DNA of 64,000 nt from positions 64,001 to 128,000 of IMG/VR virus record IMGVR_UViG_3300031420_000495. One strand, 5' to 3'. The translations under genes were made by a program, and so were the position numbers. The DNA is from a virus. Its lineage: Duplodnaviria > Caudoviricetes. Shown here piece after piece: positions 29,768 to 38,262 of the stretch (its first letter is position 1; each line of letters opens with the position of its first letter). The notes beneath the pieces are model-generated. The model had not been told where the DNA came from. It did no database searches and saw nothing but the letters and a program-made list of their open reading frames with translations.

Positions 29768-29774
29768 TATTTAT
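29768..29774 (-). promoter_or_regulatory. T4-like late promoter (ATAAATA) for the 29742->22905 operon
   Basis: Same motif recurs upstream of many structural genes; terminator immediately upstream. Confidence 0.65.
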
Positions 29775-29775
29775 G

Positions 29776-29807
29776 AAAAAGGGGCAAAGACTTGCGTCAA
29801 TGCCCCT
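29776..29807 (-). terminator. Intrinsic terminator
   Basis: GGGGCA...TGCCCC stem with T run on the minus strand. Confidence 0.7.
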
Positions 29808-29828
29808 TAGCACCTTGCCAAGTTCTTG

Positions 29829-30179
29829 TTACTTAGTAGTGAGTTTCTTCAGTGCGCTCTTCAGTTTCTTTGCATCAGCATCGGACAATGGTGTCTTCAA
29901 CTCGATGGTGTAATCTGCACCGGTTTCACCGTGCCGCCAGTTCTGGCTTTTAGAAACAGAAACTTTCTGGATTGCTTTGCTGACTTTCTTGATTTCGGAG
30001 CCCTTGATAAAACCTTCTGGAAAATCGAATTCAATCGAGAAGAAAATCTCTTCTGGATCAACTTCAACGCCGAAGATGCGGGTTCCGTTGTGGTTGATGC
30101 CATCAGCAATGGCTTTTGCGAGTTCATCAATCGAGAATTGTGCAGGCTCTTTTGCTTCGAGCAGTTCAGTGACTTTCAT
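29829..30179 (-). CDS. Putative internal head protein
   Basis: MKVTELLEA N-terminus; TAATG coupling. Confidence 0.5.
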   Translation of the reverse strand: MKVTELLEAKEPAQFSIDELAKAIADGINHNGTRIFGVEVDPEEIFFSIEFDFPEGFIKGSEIKKVSKAIQKVSVSKSQNWRHGETGADYTIELKTPLSDADAKKLKSALKKLTTK

Positions 30180-30667
30180 TAGGTGAGCCCGTTGTAGATG
30201 TGGTCAAAGACATCGTCTTCGTGCGCGTCCATGAACTTTTCGATTTCTGCGTACTTGAAGCCCTGATTTTGGAGGAAGTCTTCGAACTTGTCCATCAGAT
30301 ATTCAGCACCGTCTTCCGGACCATCTTCACGAGCAGTTTCGTGGTAGTCTTGGCTGATTGCGTAATCTGTGAATGCATCCATCAGAGATTGGAATTCCTC
30401 TGTGTTAGCACCGCCGGACGGTAATTTCTTCGATGTATCTTCCTTGACTTTCGTAGGCTTGTAGTTTGACAAAAACTCGTCAACGGCGTTATCATCCAAA
30501 TTTGCGTCCATAGCATATTCGATGTATTTGTTGATTTCGTCGTCGCCACACATATCCGGCGTGAACCCACCTGACCATTCCTTAAAGTCAGCAAGGACTG
30601 CAGCTTTTTGCGCTGCAGTAAGCTTTTTCGCTTCGTGCAGCGCAGTAAGCTCTTGAATCAGTTTCAT
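30179..30667 (-). CDS. Putative internal head protein
   Basis: MKLIQELTALHEA N-terminus; internal VKE site; AAGGA RBS. Confidence 0.5.
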   Translation of the reverse strand: MKLIQELTALHEAKKLTAAQKAAVLADFKEWSGGFTPDMCGDDEINKYIEYAMDANLDDNAVDEFLSNYKPTKVKEDTSKKLPSGGANTEEFQSLMDAFTDYAISQDYHETAREDGPEDGAEYLMDKFEDFLQNQGFKYAEIEKFMDAHEDDVFDHIYNGLT

Positions 30668-30825
30668 TGTGTTTCCTTATCAGGGTTAGATAGATTATAT
30701 ACCGTTCCCCTGATCTTGCACAGTAATTCTCGACCTCTGGCTAAAGATTCTTGCGCGAGCGGATTCGGCTTGTCTTCTTTCATGTGCCGAAGAAGACGTT
30801 CGAAGTCAGAGGCCGAGAGTTCCAT
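30664..30825 (-). CDS. 53-aa protein absent from ORF track, resembles DUF1778/TacA antitoxin C-terminal region
   Basis: Own translation: MELSASDFERLLRHMKEDKPNPLAQESLARGRELLCKIRGTVYNLSNPDKETQ. TGATG overlap upstream and ATGA overlap downstream. Confidence 0.55.
   Translation of the reverse strand: MELSASDFERLLRHMKEDKPNPLAQESLARGRELLCKIRGTVYNLSNPDKETQ
30694..30722 (-). promoter_or_regulatory. Early-type promoter TGTGCA-N17-TATAAT
   Basis: Perfect -10, 17-nt spacer, shared atypical -35. Confidence 0.65.
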
Positions 30826-31112
30826 CAGTTGGCCATGTGCGGTTCGCCGGCAGCACCGTTGGAAACTTTCGCTTCGCTGGTTCCGGTTTCTGCGGCTTCG
30901 GCTTCTTTCTCAGCCAGTTCCTTCTGAACAGCTTCGGTGATCTGCTGGCCGACTTGCTGCAGTGCAGCCTGTGTCTTCATGACTTCGAGTTGCTGATCCT
31001 GGAGTTGAGCCGAGAACTTGTTGTAGATGAACACAGCCTGTTGAACGCCCGGCGAGAACTGGTCGATGTCGTAGCTTGTGCCGTCTAGGTTGATGGTGCG
31101 TGGTTGTTCCAT
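30825..31112 (-). CDS. Conserved small phage coiled-coil protein
   Basis: TINLDGTSYDIDQFS followed by amphipathic helix; AGGAG RBS; late promoter at 31157-31163. Confidence 0.6.
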   Translation of the reverse strand: MEQPRTINLDGTSYDIDQFSPGVQQAVFIYNKFSAQLQDQQLEVMKTQAALQQVGQQITEAVQKELAEKEAEAAETGTSEAKVSNGAAGEPHMAN

Positions 31113-31162
31113 GTGTAACTCCTATTGATTTATAATGTGTTTGATGCTGCGGTTTCTATTTA

Positions 31163-32521
31163 TCAATTTTTCTCTTGATATTTTGCGGTCAGATCATCCA
31201 GAGATTTCTTCGGTGCACCAGGCACAACGCCTTGCATTTGCATCGGGCTCTTGCGCTTGAGGTTAAGTTCAGTACCCAAATCGAAGATGCGAAGGGAGTT
31301 CTTATCCCAACCCATTGTGACTTGTTTCGTAGTTGCGTCCGAGTTACGAGCCTTTGGGAATTCGAAGCGGTATTCACCAGCTTCGTGCATAGCGTCGGTC
31401 TTGACGGTTGCGATCATCAAGTCAGATGTGTTGGTCTTGGACGAACCACCTTGTACATTACCTTGGTGCATCTTGTCGCCGTTGTTGATCTTCTCGGTTG
31501 CACCCTTCTCAAGCTGCGAAGCTGAAATCTGGATCGAGTCATAGTCGAAGCCGATGGCTCGAAACTCTTCGGACACAGCTTTGTCTTTCAAGAACATATT
31601 GCCGTCCAGTCCCTTCTGATCCGAGCCCATGATGTCGAGGTAGTCGCCGACGTTGAAGTCGGGGCGGAAACCGAAACGGGATTCCAGTTCACGGAGGTAC
31701 GCTAGCATGTCATTGGCCGTTGAACCTTCACGCAGTCGTTTGATGAAGAAGCGTGCGCCACTCTGCTCGTGAAACTTGGAAATCTCGTCGGCCACTTGAG
31801 CCTTGTTCAGATTCACCATGCCAGAGTGGATGCGAGCAATCATCTGGTCCATACGCAGTGCGACTTTCTTGTCTCGCATTTCCAGCGAGAAGTATACACC
31901 ATTCAGACCTTGCGCCAGAAGGTTTCGTGCGAGGTTCGCCATCGACACGGATTTACCACCGCCGGATGGGGCCAAGAACATAACAAGTTCTTGTCGGCCG
32001 ATACCACCGCCAATCACATCATCGACTGTCTTCCAGCCGGTCGAGATAACTGGGTCTTCGAGTTCATTGGCTTCGAGTCGCGCAAGTGGATTGTCGAAGT
32101 AGTCGATACCGAAATCAGACAGCAGGCCGATTTCAGTTGCACGCTTCATCTGTGCAACCATCGTGCCGAGGTCGCCCTTCTCGAAATAACCGTCCTTGCC
32201 CGTAGCGCGCTGGATAACCTGAATGCAGGCTTGGAACTTGCAGAACATCGCAATCTGTTCTGCCACGAACTGAATGTCCTGCCTTGGCAAGTGGACAACG
32301 TCAGTGGCTAGCTTGGTTGCTGCAGTGAACACGCTCGACGCAGGAACTGCGCGGTACTCCTGGAAATAGTCCTGGATGAACTTCACGCCTTTCGCAAGGT
32401 GCGGATCAAAATACGAGGCATCGATGAGATTGTTGACCCGGCCAAAGAGCTCTGGGTTCGACAACATCGAGTTGATGTAAAGACGCTGGGCGTCTTCATC
32501 CATGAGTGGTACGTCATTCAA
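31163..32521 (-). CDS. dnaB: Replicative DnaB-like helicase (T4 gp41-like)
   Basis: ISTGWKTVD, Walker A LAPSGGGKS, YFSLEM, DYLDIM, SASQL, KARN. Confidence 0.9.
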   Translation of the reverse strand: MNDVPLMDEDAQRLYINSMLSNPELFGRVNNLIDASYFDPHLAKGVKFIQDYFQEYRAVPASSVFTAATKLATDVVHLPRQDIQFVAEQIAMFCKFQACIQVIQRATGKDGYFEKGDLGTMVAQMKRATEIGLLSDFGIDYFDNPLARLEANELEDPVISTGWKTVDDVIGGGIGRQELVMFLAPSGGGKSVSMANLARNLLAQGLNGVYFSLEMRDKKVALRMDQMIARIHSGMVNLNKAQVADEISKFHEQSGARFFIKRLREGSTANDMLAYLRELESRFGFRPDFNVGDYLDIMGSDQKGLDGNMFLKDKAVSEEFRAIGFDYDSIQISASQLEKGATEKINNGDKMHQGNVQGGSSKTNTSDLMIATVKTDAMHEAGEYRFEFPKARNSDATTKQVTMGWDKNSLRIFDLGTELNLKRKSPMQMQGVVPGAPKKSLDDLTAKYQEKN

Positions 32522-32522
32522 A

Positions 32523-33530
32523 TTATTTTCTCCTCAATCGTGCTTCCATCAGTCCCATGTTGAGGCTAATAGAAGATTGTAACATGTTCGTTTTGGTCGT
32601 CGCGTTTTTAAGAAGACTGTAGGCCGTGTACGGCAGGCCGAACTTCACGACGGAATCGTTGATGTCATTTGCTCGAATGTCAACGAACGTTAGTTCCCAG
32701 CCGTGTTGGAGAACTGTCTTGCCAAGTGCGCCACCAGTCTGGTCTCGGTCGATGACGAAGATCAGCCTGCGTTTCGTACGCTTCAGGATTTCTACCTTCG
32801 CTGCATTCAGCGATGATCCCAGGATACAAATGCCGTCGACCATCATTGCGTCGAATACGCCTTCAGTGACGAACAGCGGTGCAGCTTCGTATGAGTGCAG
32901 CTGGTCGTAGCCGAAGATGATCGCATCTTTCGCAGTGCTTGGATTTTTGTACCGTGGCTTTACGTCCGGATCAATCGTGCGAGCCTGCCAATAAATCAGT
33001 TTGCCGTCACGCCAATATGGTATAATGACCCGACGCAGAAACTTCGGATCAAGGCTGAAATAGCACGTGTGCTGCAGCGGATCGATCTTGCGGCTTATCA
33101 GATACTCCAGAATCGGTTCCTGGAGTTCTTCATGGCCTTCGGAAAGCAATGCGCGCGTACGGTCTGGGAATGCAATCTCGGGCGTATGCAGCTTGACCTT
33201 GGTCACATTCTCAAGAGAGATTTCAGATTCCTCCGGCGGCTTGAGGAAAATGCTTGATGTCAGTTCGCGAAGAACTTCGCGTGTGATGCCGAAGCACTCA
33301 AGGATGTCCTTGGCATTCTTCGACAGTTTGCCAGTTCCTTCTTCGTACTTAAATTTTGATTGACAGTTCCAGCAGGAATATCCTGTGGTATCACCATCGA
33401 ATTTGAATCCGCCACGTTCTTGATAGTCATGGCAAACGGGGCACCGCAGATTATAAAAGCCAGTTGGGCTGATATTACCGAGCGGAACCCGTTCTTGGAT
33501 TATGGAGGCGAGAGTTTTCTGTTCGAGCAT
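32523..33530 (-). CDS. DNA primase (T4 gp61-like)
   Basis: Zn finger CPVCHD...CWNC; WQAR; TOPRIM FVTEGVFDA, DRD, DIND. Adjacent to helicase. Confidence 0.88.
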   Translation of the reverse strand: MLEQKTLASIIQERVPLGNISPTGFYNLRCPVCHDYQERGGFKFDGDTTGYSCWNCQSKFKYEEGTGKLSKNAKDILECFGITREVLRELTSSIFLKPPEESEISLENVTKVKLHTPEIAFPDRTRALLSEGHEELQEPILEYLISRKIDPLQHTCYFSLDPKFLRRVIIPYWRDGKLIYWQARTIDPDVKPRYKNPSTAKDAIIFGYDQLHSYEAAPLFVTEGVFDAMMVDGICILGSSLNAAKVEILKRTKRRLIFVIDRDQTGGALGKTVLQHGWELTFVDIRANDINDSVVKFGLPYTAYSLLKNATTKTNMLQSSISLNMGLMEARLRRK

Positions 33531-33566
33531 GTCAAGATTATAACATGCTCGAGTTGCTACAGAGAA

Positions 33567-34178
33567 TTATTTTGCGAATTGGGTATACCAGTGAACGGTA
33601 TTCATATTCACTGCTTCTCCGTTCGGACCACGAACTTGGCTTGCAGGAACACCAGCCATCAGTTCGTTAAAAATGTGTTGGCCGATACCTTTTGCCGTAC
33701 CAGCGCGGCAAGCTTCGATGTGACGCCTGTTCGATTCAGTCAGCGTGCTGTCATCCGAAACGGTGGCAGTCAACAGGCGACGGATGAGACGCTTTGCTTC
33801 AGCCGAATAGAATTCACGAATTTCAGTACGGTTGAGAATACCACGATACGTGCTAACATCGAGCCTAACAGCTTCATCGCCGAATTCAGCTTTCACTGCG
33901 TGAAGCAGTGCGGTATAGAACGGGGTGAGATTTTTGCCGGAGTTGCTTTGCGCACCGGTGTAGCCGAAAGCGTTCAGGCGATTTGCAGTGGAGGCGCGGA
34001 CAAGACGTTCCAGCGAAAGATCGTCGAGCTCTTCGACAGACGTGTCGGCAAACAGATCGATGATGTAGTCGAAGGCACGATAGCCTTCGTTGCACGCTTT
34101 GGCTTGCTCGTTGAGGTTGCGCACTTTCCAGCCGTTGAGAGTGGAGCGGATTTGGGACGCGCGAAGGGAATTAGACAT
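33567..34178 (-). CDS. Hypothetical early protein (203 aa)
   Basis: GGAG RBS and its own TGTACA-N17-TATAAT promoter. Confidence 0.7.
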   Translation of the reverse strand: MSNSLRASQIRSTLNGWKVRNLNEQAKACNEGYRAFDYIIDLFADTSVEELDDLSLERLVRASTANRLNAFGYTGAQSNSGKNLTPFYTALLHAVKAEFGDEAVRLDVSTYRGILNRTEIREFYSAEAKRLIRRLLTATVSDDSTLTESNRRHIEACRAGTAKGIGQHIFNELMAGVPASQVRGPNGEAVNMNTVHWYTQFAK

Positions 34179-34236
34179 TTGAATCTCCAGGTTGTGAGAG
34201 TTAAGATCATCGACGTCTGTTTACGCCGATGAGTTC

Positions 34237-34265
34237 ATTATACACGCTTCTGACAAACGTGTACA
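34237..34265 (-). promoter_or_regulatory. Early-type promoter TGTACA-N17-TATAAT
   Basis: Perfect -10 and 17-nt spacer. Confidence 0.75.
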
Positions 34266-34270
34266 GCTAT

Positions 34271-34630
34271 TTAAGGAAAATCTACATGAGGAGGATTCGC
34301 CATGGTTCTCGCTGTGTTTTCGGACCAACGAAAGTTGATTTGCTGACAAGCATTCCTCCCCACCATCAAAGCAGCTTGTTTGTTATCCGGAGACCGTTGA
34401 TAAAGTTTTGCTAAGGCATTACCACTTGCTGCCATTTGGGTTTTATCGACGGCAAGCTTTTGTACTTCTCTCGCTGCATCGTTGTGTCCGAGCATCATGT
34501 GGTAAGCTGCGCAATATCCGACTTGAATGTCATGTATTCGTTGCTGACTTCGCTCCAATCTTTGCTGTGGTGATTCGTTGGCAAATGCTGATGCTGAAAG
34601 AACTAATGCAATGAAAGCAAGTTTATACAT
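34271..34630 (-). CDS. Secreted/periplasmic hypothetical protein
   Basis: ATG 34630 after GGAGGGAG. Signal peptide MYKLAFIALVLSASAFA. Confidence 0.65.
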   Translation of the reverse strand: MYKLAFIALVLSASAFANESPQQRLERSQQRIHDIQVGYCAAYHMMLGHNDAAREVQKLAVDKTQMAASGNALAKLYQRSPDNKQAALMVGRNACQQINFRWSENTARTMANPPHVDFP

Positions 34631-34641
34631 GACTCCCTCCT

Positions 34642-34866
34642 TTAGGGATAGTCGTAAGCGTTCTTCGGACCCTTGCACTCGATGATTACTTCGTGCTCAG
34701 GGTCTTTCAGAATTTTGTTGACCTCTCGCTTTATGCGAGTTCTTTGTTGTTTGGTTGATTCGAGAATCCAACCGCCATTGAGCCAGCTTGGGCGATCTTT
34801 GCGGTTCTTCGGTTTACGTGAATGATTGCTTCGTGACACGATGTGCTCCTTGGTTGTGGGAAACAC
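34642..34866 (-). CDS. Small basic hypothetical protein
   Basis: Arg/Lys-rich; true start probably the internal GTG (SRSNH). Confidence 0.5.
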   Translation of the reverse strand: MFPTTKEHIVSRSNHSRKPKNRKDRPSWLNGGWILESTKQQRTRIKREVNKILKDPEHEVIIECKGPKNAYDYP

Positions 34867-34900
34867 AATCGCGTCGTCTTTTGTTTGTAAGCGTACGTTT

Positions 34901-37153
34901 TCATCTTGTTCGAATATCCAGTGCGAAGAATTCTTCTATCGGGTTGTCGTTTGGATCAAGCGCATCCAGATAATGGTCAATCGCTTTGTCCAGATCGTTC
35001 ATTAGTGGGATGTTTCTCGTGTGACCGCTATTTAGCCCACTATTCGTTGGACGCGGTGCTTTGTAGCCACACGAATCCAAAGTGATCGGTTTGATCAGGT
35101 TCGTATCCAATCCAGCCTTCGTTGCGACCTTAATTGCGAACTCGTACCATGTCACTGGCGTGAAGTTCGTCAAGTGCCAGATACCTTTCGACCTGTCAAC
35201 AATCAAGTCGAGCACAACGTTCACCAGCTCCGGAATGTATGTTGGCGTGACCGTGACGTCTGTCAACGCTTCAAACTCTTCACCAGCTTGCAGGCGGTTC
35301 ATCATGACAGTCGCAAAGTTGTGGCTGTCCCATGGTCCGAAGAAAGCACTCGTGCGAACAATGAGCGGACTGTAACCGAGTTGATGCACACCTTTTTCCA
35401 TCATGCGCTTCGACTTGCCGTAGACGTTCATCGGATACGGAACATCACTTTCACCATACGGCTCTTTGTATCGACCGTCGAAAACGAGGTCTGTCGAGAA
35501 CAGTGTGCAGTGAATGCCGAGCTTGTGGCATGTGCCAGCAAGCAGCACTGCACCAACGGTGTTTGCGGCAATGCAAGCATCAACATCATTCTCTGCATCA
35601 TCGACGCGAACATAACCACCGCAGTTGATGACTGCCCATGGTTTGTATTCTTCCAGCGTTTTCATGATCGATTCGGGATCGGTCAGATTCATTTCCTGAC
35701 GGCTCACGAGTTTGTACGTGATGTTGCGTCGACGACAAATGCGAGCGAATGCAGTGCCGAGAGTTCCAGTCGCTCCGGTAATCAGAAGCGGCTGAGTATC
35801 CGTTGTACATTCCTGGCGAATCAGTTCTGTGTTCGCTTCAGTCGTTTCGATTGGCTCACAAAGGAATCGGTGTTCCATTCTCCACCAGCCAGTACCACAG
35901 ATGATTGGATGCGTTGGGTACTTGCCATCACCCAACTCTTTCATCATCTCAGCTAAAGCAGTTGGTCGTGGTCGCATGAAGCGAACATCGAGCGGACCGG
36001 GTTCATAATAACCGTTGCACGCCGACACCAGGCAGTTCCAGTCGAACGCGCCAAGCAGCGACCAGACAGTCACTGCACGAACATCAGCACCGGTTACTTT
36101 TGCTTGCAGCGCAGCATCCCATACTTCGAGCAGCCAACGCATCTGGTCTTCGCGATTCGCATCGATGTGAGCTTCAGTCACTGCGATCGGCAAACCATAA
36201 CGTTCCCACGTGTCCATGATGAGTGGACCAATACCAGACGTTGGAATCTTCAGGGCACGTGCTGTTTCGATGTCAGCAATCGTACGACCACCAATATTTC
36301 CGTGGCGACTCTCTGGAAAGAGTTCAGCGCGATGATCGATCCAGCGTTCACTGGTCACGTAGAAATTCAGGCCGATAATGTCTGGCTTGCAGAAGTTCTC
36401 TTTGAACCAAAGAATTTCTGCTGGATCAGCTTGCCCGTCGACAGTCAGGTAGTTCCACATGACGTGGTTCTCGTCGATCATGCCGCACAGCAAGTCCCAC
36501 GTCAACCAGCGGCGGTCGTTGTAGAAGCGGACAAGATATTGCATTTCGCCGGTGCCATACGATTTGCCGATGTCATCAGTCTGAACCAGCTTCGCAGTTG
36601 GGTTGACTTTACGAATCTCACGCATGGATAGTACGACGCCCTTGCACTGATTCAACAGCGCTTTGACAAACGTCTTGTCGTCGTGACCGTGCGGATACCA
36701 GACCCCGTAGAGTCCAGAGAAGCGCGCGGTGGTAAGCGGTTCATTTACCGGTGTGTAGTACTCGAGCCAAGGATACCGTGCTGCAACAGCACCGGCATAC
36801 TCTGCAAGTTTTTCCGGGAAGTCCGGATCAACAAGGCTCGTGTGACGTGGACCACTTCCGTGGTGTAGAAGACCCGCGATGGGTGTAATGTTGACGGCAC
36901 GAAGTGCCTCCAGTCTTTCGTCAGACCAACTCCAGTCGGCCGTCTCGATACTCTCAGGCGCATGACGTTCCCAGAGCACTGGGTAACGAATTGCCTTGAT
37001 GTTGAGAGAAGCGAAACGGTCGATGTCGTCGCGACGCGTTTCGTGGCCGTTGCGATCTAGTTGAGTGTGGTAATCATCGCGGACACGGTTTACCGTGCAT
37101 TCCAATCCGCCCCAAAGTTGAAGCGATTGGCCCTGCATTTCATCATTGTCCAT
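34901..37153 (-). CDS. Fusion of family 1 glycoside hydrolase and dTDP-4-dehydrorhamnose reductase (RmlD-like SDR)
   Basis: GH1: WGGLEC, acid/base TPVNEP, nucleophile VTEAH, WSL. RmlD: ITGATGTLG, FSTDLVFDG, YGKSK, TPTY. Confidence 0.85.
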   Translation of the reverse strand: MDNDEMQGQSLQLWGGLECTVNRVRDDYHTQLDRNGHETRRDDIDRFASLNIKAIRYPVLWERHAPESIETADWSWSDERLEALRAVNITPIAGLLHHGSGPRHTSLVDPDFPEKLAEYAGAVAARYPWLEYYTPVNEPLTTARFSGLYGVWYPHGHDDKTFVKALLNQCKGVVLSMREIRKVNPTAKLVQTDDIGKSYGTGEMQYLVRFYNDRRWLTWDLLCGMIDENHVMWNYLTVDGQADPAEILWFKENFCKPDIIGLNFYVTSERWIDHRAELFPESRHGNIGGRTIADIETARALKIPTSGIGPLIMDTWERYGLPIAVTEAHIDANREDQMRWLLEVWDAALQAKVTGADVRAVTVWSLLGAFDWNCLVSACNGYYEPGPLDVRFMRPRPTALAEMMKELGDGKYPTHPIICGTGWWRMEHRFLCEPIETTEANTELIRQECTTDTQPLLITGATGTLGTAFARICRRRNITYKLVSRQEMNLTDPESIMKTLEEYKPWAVINCGGYVRVDDAENDVDACIAANTVGAVLLAGTCHKLGIHCTLFSTDLVFDGRYKEPYGESDVPYPMNVYGKSKRMMEKGVHQLGYSPLIVRTSAFFGPWDSHNFATVMMNRLQAGEEFEALTDVTVTPTYIPELVNVVLDLIVDRSKGIWHLTNFTPVTWYEFAIKVATKAGLDTNLIKPITLDSCGYKAPRPTNSGLNSGHTRNIPLMNDLDKAIDHYLDALDPNDNPIEEFFALDIRTR

Positions 37154-37181
37154 TTAGTACCTGAATTGTGAAGAGGATTTC

Positions 37182-37187
37182 TATTTA
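37182..37187 (-). promoter_or_regulatory. Late promoter-like TAAATA upstream of the GH1-RmlD gene
   Basis: Matches the recurrent late motif, 28 nt before ATG. Confidence 0.5.
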
Positions 37188-37191
37188 CAGT

Positions 37192-37830
37192 TTACAATTT
37201 GCCCTTGCGCTTATATGCCGCAAGTTTTTCTCTTCCCTCTACTGCGTAGTGGAAATCATCGCCAACACTCTGCACACCAGTGGGTCCACGATTATATGCG
37301 TTCGTCAATTTCGTTCCACTCAGTCCGTAATCCTTCTGAAGAATTTTCACGTACTTCGCTGCGATTTCGATGTTGAACTTCTCGTTGAGGATCAAGTTAG
37401 CCTTGACTTCGTCATCAGTGTGAGTGTGGAAGTCATATTTCTTGTAGAGACCTGGGTTGCGATCCAACACATGTCGGGTGGCGGCTAGCTTGATCTGCAT
37501 CGGGCCGTAATAAGCATTCGGACCAGCATTAGCTACTTTGTAAGACGGTGCAGTTCCAGCACCTGTTTCCTGCAGCAGAATGACCTGCATTGTTTCCGGG
37601 TTGACTCCTTCTGCCTTAGCGGCTGCGTAGGCTTGTTGAAGAAGACGTGCTTGCTTGTTGCTTAGATTTTGCGGAAGGAGGACAGCATTCGAACCTCCCA
37701 TAACTTTGCCGGGTTTCTCGGCGATAACAGCTGTTGCGACTGGAACTGGCAGTTCTTCAAACATCTTATAACCACCGTAGATTGTTCCTGATGCGACGAC
37801 CGCCATTACTGCGATTACTCGATACATCAT
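37192..37830 (-). CDS. Lytic transglycosylase (SLT-like) with N-terminal membrane anchor
   Basis: ILLQET, YYGPMQI, FNIEIAAKY, AYNRGP. Confidence 0.8.
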   Translation of the reverse strand: MMYRVIAVMAVVASGTIYGGYKMFEELPVPVATAVIAEKPGKVMGGSNAVLLPQNLSNKQARLLQQAYAAAKAEGVNPETMQVILLQETGAGTAPSYKVANAGPNAYYGPMQIKLAATRHVLDRNPGLYKKYDFHTHTDDEVKANLILNEKFNIEIAAKYVKILQKDYGLSGTKLTNAYNRGPTGVQSVGDDFHYAVEGREKLAAYKRKGKL

Positions 37831-37877
37831 ATATTTTTCTCCTTAAAATTTCGACCTAACTTCAGACCGAAGCGCAC

Positions 37878-37906
37878 ATAATACCACAAAGAATGACAAT
37901 ATTCAA
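37878..37906 (-). promoter_or_regulatory. sigma70-type promoter TTGAAT-N17-TATTAT
   Basis: Correct spacing, upstream of the SLT gene. Confidence 0.55.
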
Positions 37907-37915
37907 CGCAAAAAT

Positions 37916-37938
37916 AAAAGGGACCCGAAGGTCCCTTT
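37916..37938 (-). terminator. Intrinsic terminator with C(UUCG)G tetraloop
   Basis: GGGAC-CTTCGG-GTCCC followed by T run on the minus strand. Confidence 0.85.
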
Positions 37939-37955
37939 CGCGGGATAAATCTGAG

Positions 37956-38261
37956 TTACATGCCGAATCTCTTTTTCAGCTCTTCCATATACGCGTTGAC
38001 TTCTTCTTGCGGAGCGTCAATGTCTATATGAAATACTTTACGAGGCGAGTAATCACGATGAATTACGGAGAAGGTCACGCCAGTTTCATGCGCTACCGCA
38101 AACATCATCATTGGCTGATCGCCAAAGATTTCTTTGAATTGCGGCTTAACGTCTTCCAGATATTTCTTCGCTGCCACAGGCGGCATTTGTCCAACACCGA
38201 CGTTCACAACTAGAACGTCGTGTTCACTCAATCGGACAGATGGAATGTTGGCGAATTCCAT
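37956..38261 (-). CDS. 101-aa protein with two portal (gp20) clip-like motifs
   Basis: ATG 38261 just after the previous stop. VLVVNVGVGQMPPVAAKKYLEDVK and RKVFHIDIDAPQEEVNAYMEELK. Confidence 0.55.
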   Translation of the reverse strand: MEFANIPSVRLSEHDVLVVNVGVGQMPPVAAKKYLEDVKPQFKEIFGDQPMMMFAVAHETGVTFSVIHRDYSPRKVFHIDIDAPQEEVNAYMEELKKRFGM

Positions 38262-38262
38262 G

